A stretch of 29,879 nucleotides of DNA from Ktedonobacter racemifer (lineage in GTDB: Bacteria > Chloroflexota > DTOL01 > JACQYG01): contig DYIS01000004.1 of assembly GCA_020723545.1 (NCBI GenBank), positions 1 through 29,879 of the forward strand. The letters are read 5' to 3'. Made by a program: the position numbers and the translations under genes. The notes beneath the pieces were generated by a model, which was given only the letters and a program-made list of their open reading frames with translations, did no database searches and was not told where the DNA came from. How positions within the stretch are numbered: position 1 is the first letter of the stretch; every line of letters starts with the position of its first letter. This document shows, one piece after another, positions 9,247-18,060 of this stretch.

Positions 9247-9615
9247 ATGTTGGAGCACCTCTTCTCATCAAAGGCGAGGATCAAGCTGCTGACCAGGTTT
9301 CTCAGCGATCCTGAGGCCAAATTGTACACCAGACAGTTGGAACGAGAGCTAGATGAGCCGGTGAATGCCGTGCGCCGGGAACTGGAGCGGTTTGAGGCCC
9401 TGGGCCTCTTGCAATCCTTTAAGGAAGGCAACCTGAAATACTACACAGTGAACCGCGAGTTCTCGATCTACCCAGAGCTGAGAGGCATTATCTTGAAGGC
9501 CCAGGGAATGCCCGGGTTGGCCCGGCCCGGGCCCTCGGCGTCGGCTGGCCTGCCCGGCCACCTGAAAAGCGAGCCCACCAGAGCCAGAGAGATGGTGGTG
9601 GGGGAGACCGATTAG
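9247..9615 (+). CDS. Winged helix-turn-helix (ArsR-like) DNA-binding protein
   Basis: LFSSKARIKLL...LYTRQLERELDEPVNAVRRELERFEALGLL...EGNLKYYTVN; ATG 9247 follows GGAGGGGGAG. Confidence 0.78.
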   Translation: MLEHLFSSKARIKLLTRFLSDPEAKLYTRQLERELDEPVNAVRRELERFEALGLLQSFKEGNLKYYTVNREFSIYPELRGIILKAQGMPGLARPGPSASAGLPGHLKSEPTRAREMVVGETD

Positions 9616-9630
9616 CAATCGGCGTTTCCG

Positions 9631-10692
9631 ATGGCGACCTGTCGTGGCTGTGGAAAAACGTCCCCTCTTGTCTCCTCGACGCTAAAGGCGTGCAACGATT
9701 GTTTACGCCTGACCCCGGCTAAGCTGCTTCCGTACATATTTAATGTTCACGGCAAGGCAAGGCGTGAATTTGGGCTTCCGGAGCGCCCTCCCAGAACTGC
9801 AGGCGGCAAGAGGTGTCCTCTTTGTGTGAACGACTGCCGCCTGGGCGAAGGGGAAAGGGGGTTCTGTGGCCTGCGAATTGGCCGCGGTGGGAGGCTTGTA
9901 CACCTGGGCGGTACAGCGGCCAGGGGTATCCTGCACTGGTACTACGACCCCTTGCCCACGAACTGTGTGGCGGACTGGGTCTGCCCCGGGACGAGGCAGT
10001 ACGGCAAGGTCAACCTGGCGGTTTTCTACGGCGCCTGCACCTACGACTGCCTGTTTTGTCAGAACTGGCACTTTCGGGAGCTTGGGCCGGAGACGGACGG
10101 CCTGGGCGCCGAGGAACTGGCAGCCAAGGCCAATTGGCAGACCTTCTGCGTCTGCTTCTTCGGCGGTGACCCCACGCCCCAGATGCCCCATGCCCTGGCG
10201 GCCGCGCGGCTCCTGGCCAGGAGGGGCGTGCGCATCTGCTGGGAGACCAATGGCTCCATGCACCCGGAGGTCCTGGATCAGGCGGTGCGGCTCTCCCTGG
10301 AGACGGGAGGGTGTGCCAAGTTCGACCTGAAAGCCTACTCCGAGGGCCTGCACCTGGCCCTGACCGGGATAACGAATCACCGGGCCCTGGAGAACTTCTC
10401 CCGGGCGGCGGCGCTGGTGGCGGAACGACCGGACCCGCCTCTGGTGATCGCCAGCACGCTCCTGGTCCCAGGATACGTGGACGCCCACGAGGTGGGGCAG
10501 TTGGCGCGGTTCATCGCCGCCATCAACCCTCAGATCCCGTATGCGCTACTGGCCTTTCATCCCCACTTTTACCTGCACGATCTCCCCCGCACCTCCCGTC
10601 GCCATGCCGAGGCCTGCTTGCAGGCGGCCAGGGAGGCCGGCCTGACCAACGTGAAGATCGGCAACCGGCAGTTATTGTCCAACGCGTACTGA
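9631..10692 (+). CDS. Radical SAM protein (PflA/AmmeMemoRadiSam-like) with extra N-terminal Cys motifs
   Basis: CTYDCLFC (Cx3Cx2C), FFGGDP, WETNG, KFDLKA; N-terminal CRGC/CNDC and CPLCVNDC...GFCG. Confidence 0.9.
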   Translation: MATCRGCGKTSPLVSSTLKACNDCLRLTPAKLLPYIFNVHGKARREFGLPERPPRTAGGKRCPLCVNDCRLGEGERGFCGLRIGRGGRLVHLGGTAARGILHWYYDPLPTNCVADWVCPGTRQYGKVNLAVFYGACTYDCLFCQNWHFRELGPETDGLGAEELAAKANWQTFCVCFFGGDPTPQMPHALAAARLLARRGVRICWETNGSMHPEVLDQAVRLSLETGGCAKFDLKAYSEGLHLALTGITNHRALENFSRAAALVAERPDPPLVIASTLLVPGYVDAHEVGQLARFIAAINPQIPYALLAFHPHFYLHDLPRTSRRHAEACLQAAREAGLTNVKIGNRQLLSNAY

Positions 10693-10718
10693 AGAGGCGT
10701 TTGGGACAGAGAGCAATT

Positions 10719-10732
10719 TCTTACTAGTAAAG
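10719..10732 (+). repeat. Copy of recurring motif TTRCYASTAAAG
   Basis: TCTTACTAGTAAAG in the convergent gap between the radical SAM gene and mfd. Confidence 0.55.
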
Positions 10733-10759
10733 GTGGCATGGTAGCCGCCCGCAGGGCGG

Positions 10760-13700
10760 TCAAGCCATCCCCAGAAGTTCGACCAGGGCCTCTTTCCACC
10801 TGGCCCCCAGGCCCCGGCGGCTAAGGCGCATGGAAGTGGGGCCTACCTTAAGGGAAGCCCCGAAACGGCGTTGGGCCTTCGCCATATCGATGCCAACGGC
10901 CTCTCGGAAGCGCATCACCACGTCGCTGCCGTGAAGGCTAATGACCCTGATACCCCTGCTCAGAACCAGAGCGCGCAGGCGTACCAGGTAGAGAAGGTTT
11001 TCGACCGTGCCCGGCACGGCTCCGAAGCGGTCGGCCAGCTCCTGGGCGAGGCTATTGACCTCCTCGGGAGACCGGGCGCCTGCCAGGCGCTGGTAGAGGG
11101 TTAGCCGCGCGGCCTCGTCCGGCACGTAGTCGCTGGGGATGTAGGCGTCCAGCCCCAGGTCCAGGGAGACGCTGGGGGGCTCGACCAGGGTGGGGGCTCC
11201 CTTTACTAGCAAGGAAGCCGCACCCGTCTCCTCCCTTAGCTCCTCCACGGCCTGGGCCAGGAGGCGACAATAGAGGTCGAAGCCCACGGCGCTGATGTGG
11301 CCGTGCTGCTCTACCCCCAGGAGGTTGCCGGCCCCGCGGATCTCCAGGTCCTTCATGGCGATGCGAAAGCCCGCCCCCAGCTCGGTGGCATCGTAGATGG
11401 CCTGGAGTCGCTTCCTCGCAGCCTCGCTCAGTTGAGACCCCCGGCTGTGGAGGAAATAGGCGTAGGCCCGGTTGGCACCCCGGCCCACACGGCCTCGCAG
11501 TTGATAGAGCTGGGCCAGGCCGAAATGGTCGGCCCGGTTGACGATGATGGTGTTGGCGTTGGGTATGTCCAGGCCTGATTCGATGATGGCGGTGCAAACC
11601 AGGACGTCGGTGAGGCCGCCCGCGAAGTCCAGCATGACCTTTTCCAGGTCCTCCTCTGGCATCTGGCCGTGGGCCACGGCGATGCGGGCCTCGGGCACCA
11701 GCCGGGCCAGCACCTGGCCCATGTATTCGATGCTCTGGACCCGGTTGTGGACGAAGTACACCTGCCCACCTCGATCCAACTCCCGCAAAATGGCTCCCCG
11801 GATGATAGCCCCGTCGTACTCCGCCACCTGGGTTACGATGGGCAGCCGTTCCTCCGGCGGGGTTTCCATGGTGCTCATGTCTCGGACCCCCACCAGGGAC
11901 ATGTGCAGGGTCCGGGGTATGGGGGTGGCGGTGAGGGTCAGGACATCCACCTCCCGGCGGAGCTCTTTCAGGGTCTCCTTGTGCATGACGCCGAAACGCT
12001 GCTCCTCGTCGATGATCACCAGGCCCAGGTTCTTGAAGGCCACGTCTTTCTGGATCAGGCGGTGGGTGCCGATGACGATGTCCACGGACCCCTCTCGGAG
12101 GCCTTTCACCACCTCCTGCTGCTCTTTTTCGGAGCGAAAGCGGGAGAGCATCTCCACCGTCACGGGGAAGGCCTGGAGCCGCTCGCGGAAGGTGTTGAAG
12201 TGCTGCTGGGCCAGGATGGTGGTGGGCACCAGGAGCGCCACCTGCTTGCCGTCGACCACCGCCTTGAAGGCCGCCCGCAGAGCGATCTCGGTCTTGCCGT
12301 AGCCTACATCGCCACAGATCAAGCGGTCCATGGGCCGGGGGGCTTCCATGTCCAGCTTGACCTCATTGATGGCCGCCAGTTGATCCGGGGTCTCGATGTA
12401 GGGAAAGGATGCCTCCAGATCGGCCTGCCAGGGGAAATCCGGGGCGAAGGCGTACCCGGCCGCTGCTTCTCGGGCAGCGTAGAGGCCCAACAACTTCCGG
12501 GCCACGTCCTTTATCGCCCGCTTAGCGCGGGCCTTGACCCGTTCCCAATCGGTGCCGGAGAGCCTGGTCAGGGTGGGCGGCGCCTCTCCGGCGCCGACGT
12601 AACGGCTGATGCGGTCCATCTGGTCCGCAGGCACGTACAGGCGGTCGCCCTGGGCGTACTCCAGGTGCAGGTACTCGCGCTCCGCGCCCTCCAAGGCCAG
12701 CCTGACCAGCCCCCGGTACCGGCCAATGCCGTGCTCGACGTGCACCACGAGGTCTCCCAAGGCCAGGTCAGAGAGAAAGGGCTCCCGCGGCGCTGCCCTC
12801 CGGGGGAGCGCCCGGCGAGGCTTGGCCCAACCGAAGATCTCCACATCGCTGAAGATCAGGGTGGTGGAGGCAGGCGGCAGGGCGCCCCAGCCCTGGGCCA
12901 AGGAACCCTGGATCACGGTCAGGCTATTGGGTGGAGGAAGGCCAGCCGGGCTCTCCTGGGGCACGGCGAAGATATCGCGTTCCTGAAATAGCGCGGATAG
13001 GCGCCGGGCCTGATGGCTGGTGATCACCAGGCGCCGGCCCTCCGCCAAGTGCTTTTGGCAGTCGTCCAGGAATTGCTTCAACCGGCCGGCATAGGGAGGG
13101 ACGGCCTGAAAAGCCGAGGCCAGCAGGTCTGTTTCCGGGCGCGCCGTCTGGGCCCGCCCCCAGTATCCCAGGGCCAGCCGGGGCAACCTTTGAAGCTGGG
13201 CCTGAAGTTCTTCCCAGCGGAAGCAAGGGTCGGGATATTCCGGCGGAAGCTCGCCGTGCTCCAGGAAGAGAGCCCTCAAATCCTGGGCCTGTTTATGGAG
13301 GTACCGCGCCTCGGCCTCCAGGCCTTCCGGCCCATCCAGGATCACCGTGCCGGAGAGGTGATCCAAAAGACCGGTGGACCTGTCCGGCGGATATAGGAAC
13401 GGCAGATAGAACCCTTCCCCGGCGAAGCCCTGGCCCTGAGCCAGGCGCTTCAGGTCCCGGGACCAGTTTTCCTGAAAGCGAGGCGAGCACCCGGTTATGT
13501 CCAGCTTCGAGAGCCGGGAGGCTGCCTCCCGGGCCCGGGCGGGCACGACCTCACTAGCGGGGGTGATCAATAGCCGGGAGAGGCGTTTTTGCGAGCGCTG
13601 GGTGGCCGGGTCGTAAAGCCGGAGTGACTCCACCTGGTCGCCGAAGAACTCCACCCGGGCCGGCAGCTCTGATGTGGGAGGGAAGATGTCCAGGATGCCG

Positions 13701-14287
13701 CCCCGGCGGCTGAAGAAACCAGGGGTGTCCACCAGGCTGGACGGCTGGTAACCGCCTTCCAGCAGTTGGGCCACCAGGGCCGCCGGGTCCACGCGCTGGC
13801 CCAGGGAGAGTTCATGGGTCCCGGCCGCCAGGTCTCGGGGGGAGATGGTCTTGTGCGCAAGCCCTCGAACGGAGGTGACGGCCACCAGCCGGGCAAAGTC
13901 AATTCCGTTGGCCGGGCCCAGGCCAGTTAAAGCGCCGATCCTGACCAAGGCGGCCAGGCGCTCGCGGCAGGACCCCAGGTCGGCCGAGGGGCGCTCGTAG
14001 GGCAGGGCCTCGGGCTCAGGGTACAGAAGCACCTGGGCCGGGAAGGCCGACCATAACGCCAGTTGATCGGCCAGGCGCTTCGCTCTCTCCAGGTTGGCCG
14101 TTACCACCAGCAGCGGGGCGACGGCGTCCCTTTGCAGACAGGAAATCAGAAAGGGGATGACGGCCTCAGGCAGGGTGAGCGGCAAGCATCGGTCGGCGGC
14201 GGCAGGGATCCCTCCGAGGATCTGCTCCCGCAGCCAGGCATAGCCAGGTATCTCGTCGATCAGAGAGAGCAAACCAGAGAGCGACAT
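10760..14287 (-). CDS. mfd: Transcription-repair coupling factor
   Basis: UvrB-homology region, RID, GDVGYGKTE, DEEQRFGV, TATPIPRT, QLRGRVGR and C-terminal TRCF domain; 1175 aa. Confidence 0.97.
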   Translation of the reverse strand: MSLSGLLSLIDEIPGYAWLREQILGGIPAAADRCLPLTLPEAVIPFLISCLQRDAVAPLLVVTANLERAKRLADQLALWSAFPAQVLLYPEPEALPYERPSADLGSCRERLAALVRIGALTGLGPANGIDFARLVAVTSVRGLAHKTISPRDLAAGTHELSLGQRVDPAALVAQLLEGGYQPSSLVDTPGFFSRRGGILDIFPPTSELPARVEFFGDQVESLRLYDPATQRSQKRLSRLLITPASEVVPARAREAASRLSKLDITGCSPRFQENWSRDLKRLAQGQGFAGEGFYLPFLYPPDRSTGLLDHLSGTVILDGPEGLEAEARYLHKQAQDLRALFLEHGELPPEYPDPCFRWEELQAQLQRLPRLALGYWGRAQTARPETDLLASAFQAVPPYAGRLKQFLDDCQKHLAEGRRLVITSHQARRLSALFQERDIFAVPQESPAGLPPPNSLTVIQGSLAQGWGALPPASTTLIFSDVEIFGWAKPRRALPRRAAPREPFLSDLALGDLVVHVEHGIGRYRGLVRLALEGAEREYLHLEYAQGDRLYVPADQMDRISRYVGAGEAPPTLTRLSGTDWERVKARAKRAIKDVARKLLGLYAAREAAAGYAFAPDFPWQADLEASFPYIETPDQLAAINEVKLDMEAPRPMDRLICGDVGYGKTEIALRAAFKAVVDGKQVALLVPTTILAQQHFNTFRERLQAFPVTVEMLSRFRSEKEQQEVVKGLREGSVDIVIGTHRLIQKDVAFKNLGLVIIDEEQRFGVMHKETLKELRREVDVLTLTATPIPRTLHMSLVGVRDMSTMETPPEERLPIVTQVAEYDGAIIRGAILRELDRGGQVYFVHNRVQSIEYMGQVLARLVPEARIAVAHGQMPEEDLEKVMLDFAGGLTDVLVCTAIIESGLDIPNANTIIVNRADHFGLAQLYQLRGRVGRGANRAYAYFLHSRGSQLSEAARKRLQAIYDATELGAGFRIAMKDLEIRGAGNLLGVEQHGHISAVGFDLYCRLLAQAVEELREETGAASLLVKGAPTLVEPPSVSLDLGLDAYIPSDYVPDEAARLTLYQRLAGARSPEEVNSLAQELADRFGAVPGTVENLLYLVRLRALVLSRGIRVISLHGSDVVMRFREAVGIDMAKAQRRFGASLKVGPTSMRLSRRGLGARWKEALVELLGMA
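11201..11214 (-). repeat. Copy of recurring motif TTRCYASTAAAG inside mfd
   Basis: Minus strand CCTTGCTAGTAAAG, encoded by TTG CTA GTA AAG in the linker before the TRCF domain. Confidence 0.5.
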
Positions 14288-14299
14288 ATTCGGCGGAAG

Positions 14300-14854
14300 C
14301 TAGTTAAACTGATTCATGGCGGCGGTGAGGCCTGAGGTCAGAGCACATTCCACCGCCTGGGCTACCTGCTCCTGCAACGGATCAAGGATTGGCAGCTCTT
14401 CCGGGGTGAAGTCGCTGAGCACATAGCTCACCTGGTCCCCATCTGGTGGGCGGCCGATCCCCACTCGCAGACGGGGGAAGTCCTCGGTGCCCAGGGCGGC
14501 GATGATGGATTTCATCCCCTTGTGACCCCCGGCGCTACCCCCGGGGCGCAGCCGCAGGGAGCCCAGGGGAAGGTCCAGGTCATCGTAGATCACCAGGAGG
14601 TTGCCCAGGGACAGGTGATAGCGGCGCACCAAGGCGCCCACAGCCAGGCCACTCAGGTTCATGAACGTGGTCGGTTTGGCCAAAACCACCGGGACATCCA
14701 GGACCGCTCCCGAGGCCACCCGGGCCTGGCAGAGCCTGGTCCACCCGCCGATGTGGTGCTTGCGGGCCAGGTGGTCCAGGCACTGGAAGCCCAGGTTGTG
14801 ACGGTTGTTGGCATACTCTCGGCCCGGGTTACCCAGGCCCACGACCAGCTTCAC
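14300..14854 (-). CDS. pth: Peptidyl-tRNA hydrolase
   Basis: (V)KLVVGLGNPG, RHNLGF, DDLDLP and GHKG; GTG start overlaps the upstream TGA. Confidence 0.95.
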   Translation of the reverse strand: MKLVVGLGNPGREYANNRHNLGFQCLDHLARKHHIGGWTRLCQARVASGAVLDVPVVLAKPTTFMNLSGLAVGALVRRYHLSLGNLLVIYDDLDLPLGSLRLRPGGSAGGHKGMKSIIAALGTEDFPRLRVGIGRPPDGDQVSYVLSDFTPEELPILDPLQEQVAQAVECALTSGLTAAMNQFN

Positions 14855-15555
14855 TCGCTTCCCCCACTCAACAGCGCCCGGGCCAGGGCGATGAGGCCCA
14901 GCAACAGGGCCACGCCGCCGGCCAACACCAAGCCCAGAAGGAAAGGCCTTAGGCAGAGCTGCTGAAGGTCGATCTGCAGGCTGGGCAGGAGCGAGGACAC
15001 CGGCCGGGGGGTGATGCCGGGGGTGGCAACGGCGGTGGGCGTAACCAGGACCACTGGGGTGCCGGGGGACTGGGGCGTGGTGGCCGGCAGCGGCGTCTCC
15101 GTGGGCGTGGAAGTGGCGGTGGGCGTGGGGGTGGAGGCGTTCTCCACCTGCACGGTGACCCGTGCCTCCTTGAACTGGCCCCGGACATCGATCACCCGCA
15201 GGGTCACCACGTAGGTGCCGTCTCGGAATTGCAGCGTATTCCATTGGTATAGAGGCCCATTGATCACCCTGGCCTTGTTCACGAAAAGGAAAGCGGGTTG
15301 GGCGAAGCCCGGGCCCAGGAGATGGATCTCGTAACGGTCAAAACCAGGGATGGAGGCGCTGCCAGTCACCTGTACCGTGCCCCGAACCACTGAATTGGGG
15401 GCAGGCTGATCGATGCGGTACACCTCCTCCGGCCCCGGCGTGGCGGTCTGAGCCAGGGGCCCGGCCTGGGCAGAAGGCAGGTGCGTAGAGCAAAGGATAG
15501 TCAAAACCATCCCGAATGTAGCGAGGACTTGGGGCGAGAATCTAGTTGCCCTCAT
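14851..15555 (-). CDS. Secreted Ig-like-domain protein with P/T-rich stalk and C-terminal membrane anchor
   Basis: Signal-peptide-like N-terminus, beta-rich domain (VRGTVQVTGSA...WNTLQFRDGTYVVTLRV), TPTPTATSTPT stalk, C-terminal TM. Confidence 0.7.
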   Translation of the reverse strand: MRATRFSPQVLATFGMVLTILCSTHLPSAQAGPLAQTATPGPEEVYRIDQPAPNSVVRGTVQVTGSASIPGFDRYEIHLLGPGFAQPAFLFVNKARVINGPLYQWNTLQFRDGTYVVTLRVIDVRGQFKEARVTVQVENASTPTPTATSTPTETPLPATTPQSPGTPVVLVTPTAVATPGITPRPVSSLLPSLQIDLQQLCLRPFLLGLVLAGGVALLLGLIALARALLSGGSE

Positions 15556-15721
15556 TTCATTCCGCGAGTGGGTATTCCCTCAGGGACCGGCACCTTGCCC
15601 CCTGAAGCCAAAAGCATCCATCAGGGCGCCGTGGACCTGGGCCCTGCCCTTTGGTTGGGGACGTAGTCCAGGTCGCACTGGGGGGTCCGGCCGGTCCAGA
15701 TCATAGTTAGTCTACCATAGA

Positions 15722-15750
15722 TTGACCAGGCCTGGCAAGTTTGCTATACT
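15722..15750 (+). promoter_or_regulatory. Sigma70 promoter for the ECF sigma operon
   Basis: TTGACC (15722-15727), 17 nt, TGn-extended TATACT (15745-15750). An overlapping divergent TTGCCA-18-TAGACT (15738-15709) may drive the pth-mfd operon. Confidence 0.6.
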
Positions 15751-15805
15751 GGCCCTGCTCCGTATCTCATGGGGGCTTTCCGTGTTCTATTCCCAGGGAG
15801 CCATA

Positions 15806-16471
15806 ATGATCGCCGGGAACGTGCAGGCGCTCTCCACCGAAGGCGATGACCGCCTCATTGAGAAGGCGAAGGAGAACCCCGAAGCCTTTGGGGCGCTCTA
15901 TCAAAAGTACCTGGCCCTGGTGTATAATTACATTTTTTATCGCGTGCACAACGTCCACGAGGCGGAGGACCTGACCGCCAAGACCTTCTACCAGGCGGTC
16001 TTTCACCTGCGCCGCTACACCAACCAGGGCGTTCCGTTCTCCGCCTGGTTGTTTCGCATCGCACACAACCTGGTGGCCAACTGGCACCGGGACCGACAGC
16101 GGCGCAAGACCTACTCGCTGGAGGCCATGGCACCGGGGTGGCGCCAGGAGGCCGAGATAACCTCACTTTCCGAGGGGATGGAGCGGAAGGAGAGAGCCCA
16201 GTGGCTTAAGGAGGCCATTGGCCGACTCTCGGCCGAAAGGCAGCAACTCCTCTTGCTGAAGTTTGTGGATGGGCTTTCCAATGCCGAGATCGCCACGATC
16301 ATGGGCAGGACCGAGGGGGCGATCAAGGCGCTCTTGCATCGCACGCTGTTCGCGCTGCGCCAGGAAATGGGAGGGCGTGGAGATGAGGCATCCGACGAGC
16401 CTCATCTGATGGCATCTTCCGGTCTTGCTTCGTCAGGGCTGATGCCGGAGGCCAGGCATGAGGAAAGATAA
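15806..16471 (+). CDS. ECF-family RNA polymerase sigma factor
   Basis: Region 2 EAEDLTAKTF...FSAWLFRIAHN and region 4 LSNAEIATIMGRTEGAIKALLHR; ATG 15806 follows AGGGAG. Confidence 0.92.
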   Translation: MIAGNVQALSTEGDDRLIEKAKENPEAFGALYQKYLALVYNYIFYRVHNVHEAEDLTAKTFYQAVFHLRRYTNQGVPFSAWLFRIAHNLVANWHRDRQRRKTYSLEAMAPGWRQEAEITSLSEGMERKERAQWLKEAIGRLSAERQQLLLLKFVDGLSNAEIATIMGRTEGAIKALLHRTLFALRQEMGGRGDEASDEPHLMASSGLASSGLMPEARHEER

Positions 16472-16841
16472 TGCTGTAGGCGAACGGCTGCCGTTCACCG
16501 AGGTGCTGGCGGAGTCGGTGGATCAAACCAGGCTGGAGGCGGTCAAGATCAAGGATTATCTAGCCCGCCACCCCGAATACCACCAAGAGCTGGAACCCCT
16601 GCTCTATACTGCTCAGACCATCCGGAAGAACCTGCCACCGATTCGCCCCTCCCCTGCCTTTCAAGAGAGCCTGAGGGAAGCCCTGGTGCATTCGGCTCGG
16701 GCTCAGGAGAGCAGGAGAAGGGGGGTCCCCCCATCGATCCAGGTGGTGCCCAGCCCCCGCCTGAGCCGCGAGCTCCTGGTGGCGATGGCGCTGGCCGGGC
16801 TGGCGTGTTTCGTCTTAGGGCTGAGACGCCGCCGGCCGTGA
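16458..16841 (+). CDS. Putative membrane-anchored anti-sigma factor
   Basis: Overlaps the sigma gene; helical N-terminus (YLARHPEYHQELEPLL...PSPAFQESL) and one C-terminal TM. Confidence 0.6.
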   Translation: MRKDNAVGERLPFTEVLAESVDQTRLEAVKIKDYLARHPEYHQELEPLLYTAQTIRKNLPPIRPSPAFQESLREALVHSARAQESRRRGVPPSIQVVPSPRLSRELLVAMALAGLACFVLGLRRRRP

Positions 16842-16968
16842 GGTAGCTGCCTGGCGAAAATAGCCTCAAGCTTTGCCTCTTTTGTGTCAACCCCCAATCA
16901 TCCAGGCGAAAATCAGCTCTACGAGGTAGGTAAAAAGGAGCCCATTGTACTAAAGGGCACAATATGCC

Positions 16969-17003
16969 TTGACTATTGGGCCAGGTTGTGATAATATACA
17001 CTA
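16969..17003 (+). promoter_or_regulatory. Hydrogenase operon promoter with a Rex/CRP-like palindrome over the -10
   Basis: TTGACT (16969-16974), 17 nt, TGn-extended TAATAT (16992-16997); TTGTGATAATATACACTA at 16986-17003. Confidence 0.6.
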
Positions 17004-17031
17004 CACCTGGCCTATAGACGAGGAGGTCAAG

Positions 17032-18060
17032 ATGCCCTTAAAGGTGATAGAGAAACGCGACGTGGAGCCCCTTATCCGCCACCTGATGGAGCGCTTCCAG
17101 GTGGTAGGGATCAAAAAAAAGGACGGCAAAAACACCTACGGCGTGATCGAGAGCCCGGCAGAGCTCCGCCTGGATTCCTGCGCCACCATCACCTCCCCCA
17201 AGAAGTATTTCTTCCCTCAAAGAGAGACGCTCTTGCAGTTTGCGGTGGACGGCTCTTGGGAGCCCCAGGCCGTGGTGGAGGCCCAGCCCAGGATCATCTT
17301 CGGCATGCGCCCGTGCGACATCGCGGCCACCTGGATGCTGGATATGGCTTTCTCCGAAGTCAACGCCGACGCCAACTATCTGGAGAAACGCAAACGAGCC
17401 CTGATCATCGGCGTGGACTGCAAGGAGCCCTGCGACGAGTATTGCTTCTGCAAGAGCATGGGCACCCTGGAGGTGGAGACCGGCTACGACCTGTTCTTCA
17501 CCGCTGCCGACGACACCTACATCGTGCGCACAGGCACCCCGGAGGGCGAGGCCCTTTTAGGGGAGTGGGGGAAGGCCCGGGAGGCGCTGTACGAGGACCG
17601 GGTCAAGCTGCGGGCGGTGCAACGGGAAAAGGACGAGAGGTTCAAAGAGGCCCTGGAGTTCGACGTGGAAGAACTGCCGAGGTTCTTGGAAGACAGTTAC
17701 CGCAGCCTCCTGTGGGATGTCCTGGGCGAGAAGTGCCTTTCCTGCGGGTCTTGCAACCTGGTCTGCCCCACCTGTTACTGCTTCAACGTCCTCGACGAGG
17801 TTAAGCTGAACCTGTCGGAGGGGGAGCGCTACCGGGTCTGGGATTCTTGCCAGTTGGAGGGGTTCGCCAAGGTGGCCACCGGGGAGAACTTCCGGGAGCG
17901 CCGGGGCGATCGCGTGCGGCACCGCTTCTTCCGCAAGGGCAAGTACATGAAGGAGATGTTCGGCCGGTTCGGCTGCGTGGGCTGCGGACGCTGCACCCGG
18001 GCCTGCCTGGTGCACATCAACCCCATCGAGGTGTACAATCAACTGAAGGGCGGTGAATAG
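17032..18060 (+). CDS. hydB: Group 3b NiFe hydrogenase beta subunit (2x[4Fe-4S], AsrA/FlxB-like)
   Basis: GMRPCD, CLSCGSCNLVCPTCYC, WDSC and CVGCGRCTRAC; ATG 17032 follows AGGAGG. Confidence 0.88.
   Translation: MPLKVIEKRDVEPLIRHLMERFQVVGIKKKDGKNTYGVIESPAELRLDSCATITSPKKYFFPQRETLLQFAVDGSWEPQAVVEAQPRIIFGMRPCDIAATWMLDMAFSEVNADANYLEKRKRALIIGVDCKEPCDEYCFCKSMGTLEVETGYDLFFTAADDTYIVRTGTPEGEALLGEWGKAREALYEDRVKLRAVQREKDERFKEALEFDVEELPRFLEDSYRSLLWDVLGEKCLSCGSCNLVCPTCYCFNVLDEVKLNLSEGERYRVWDSCQLEGFAKVATGENFRERRGDRVRHRFFRKGKYMKEMFGRFGCVGCGRCTRACLVHINPIEVYNQLKGGE

Noticed and set aside
11669-12991. 440-aa plus-strand ORF
   Set aside because: Antisense shadow of mfd.
14855-15244. 130-aa N-terminal extension of Pth in the ORF track
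   Set aside because: It overlaps the real upstream gene in another frame; Pth homology starts at GTG 14854.
16840-16884. Possible terminator after the anti-sigma gene
   Set aside because: The stem needs a 2-nt bulge and a 20-nt loop and the U-tract is short; too weak to call.
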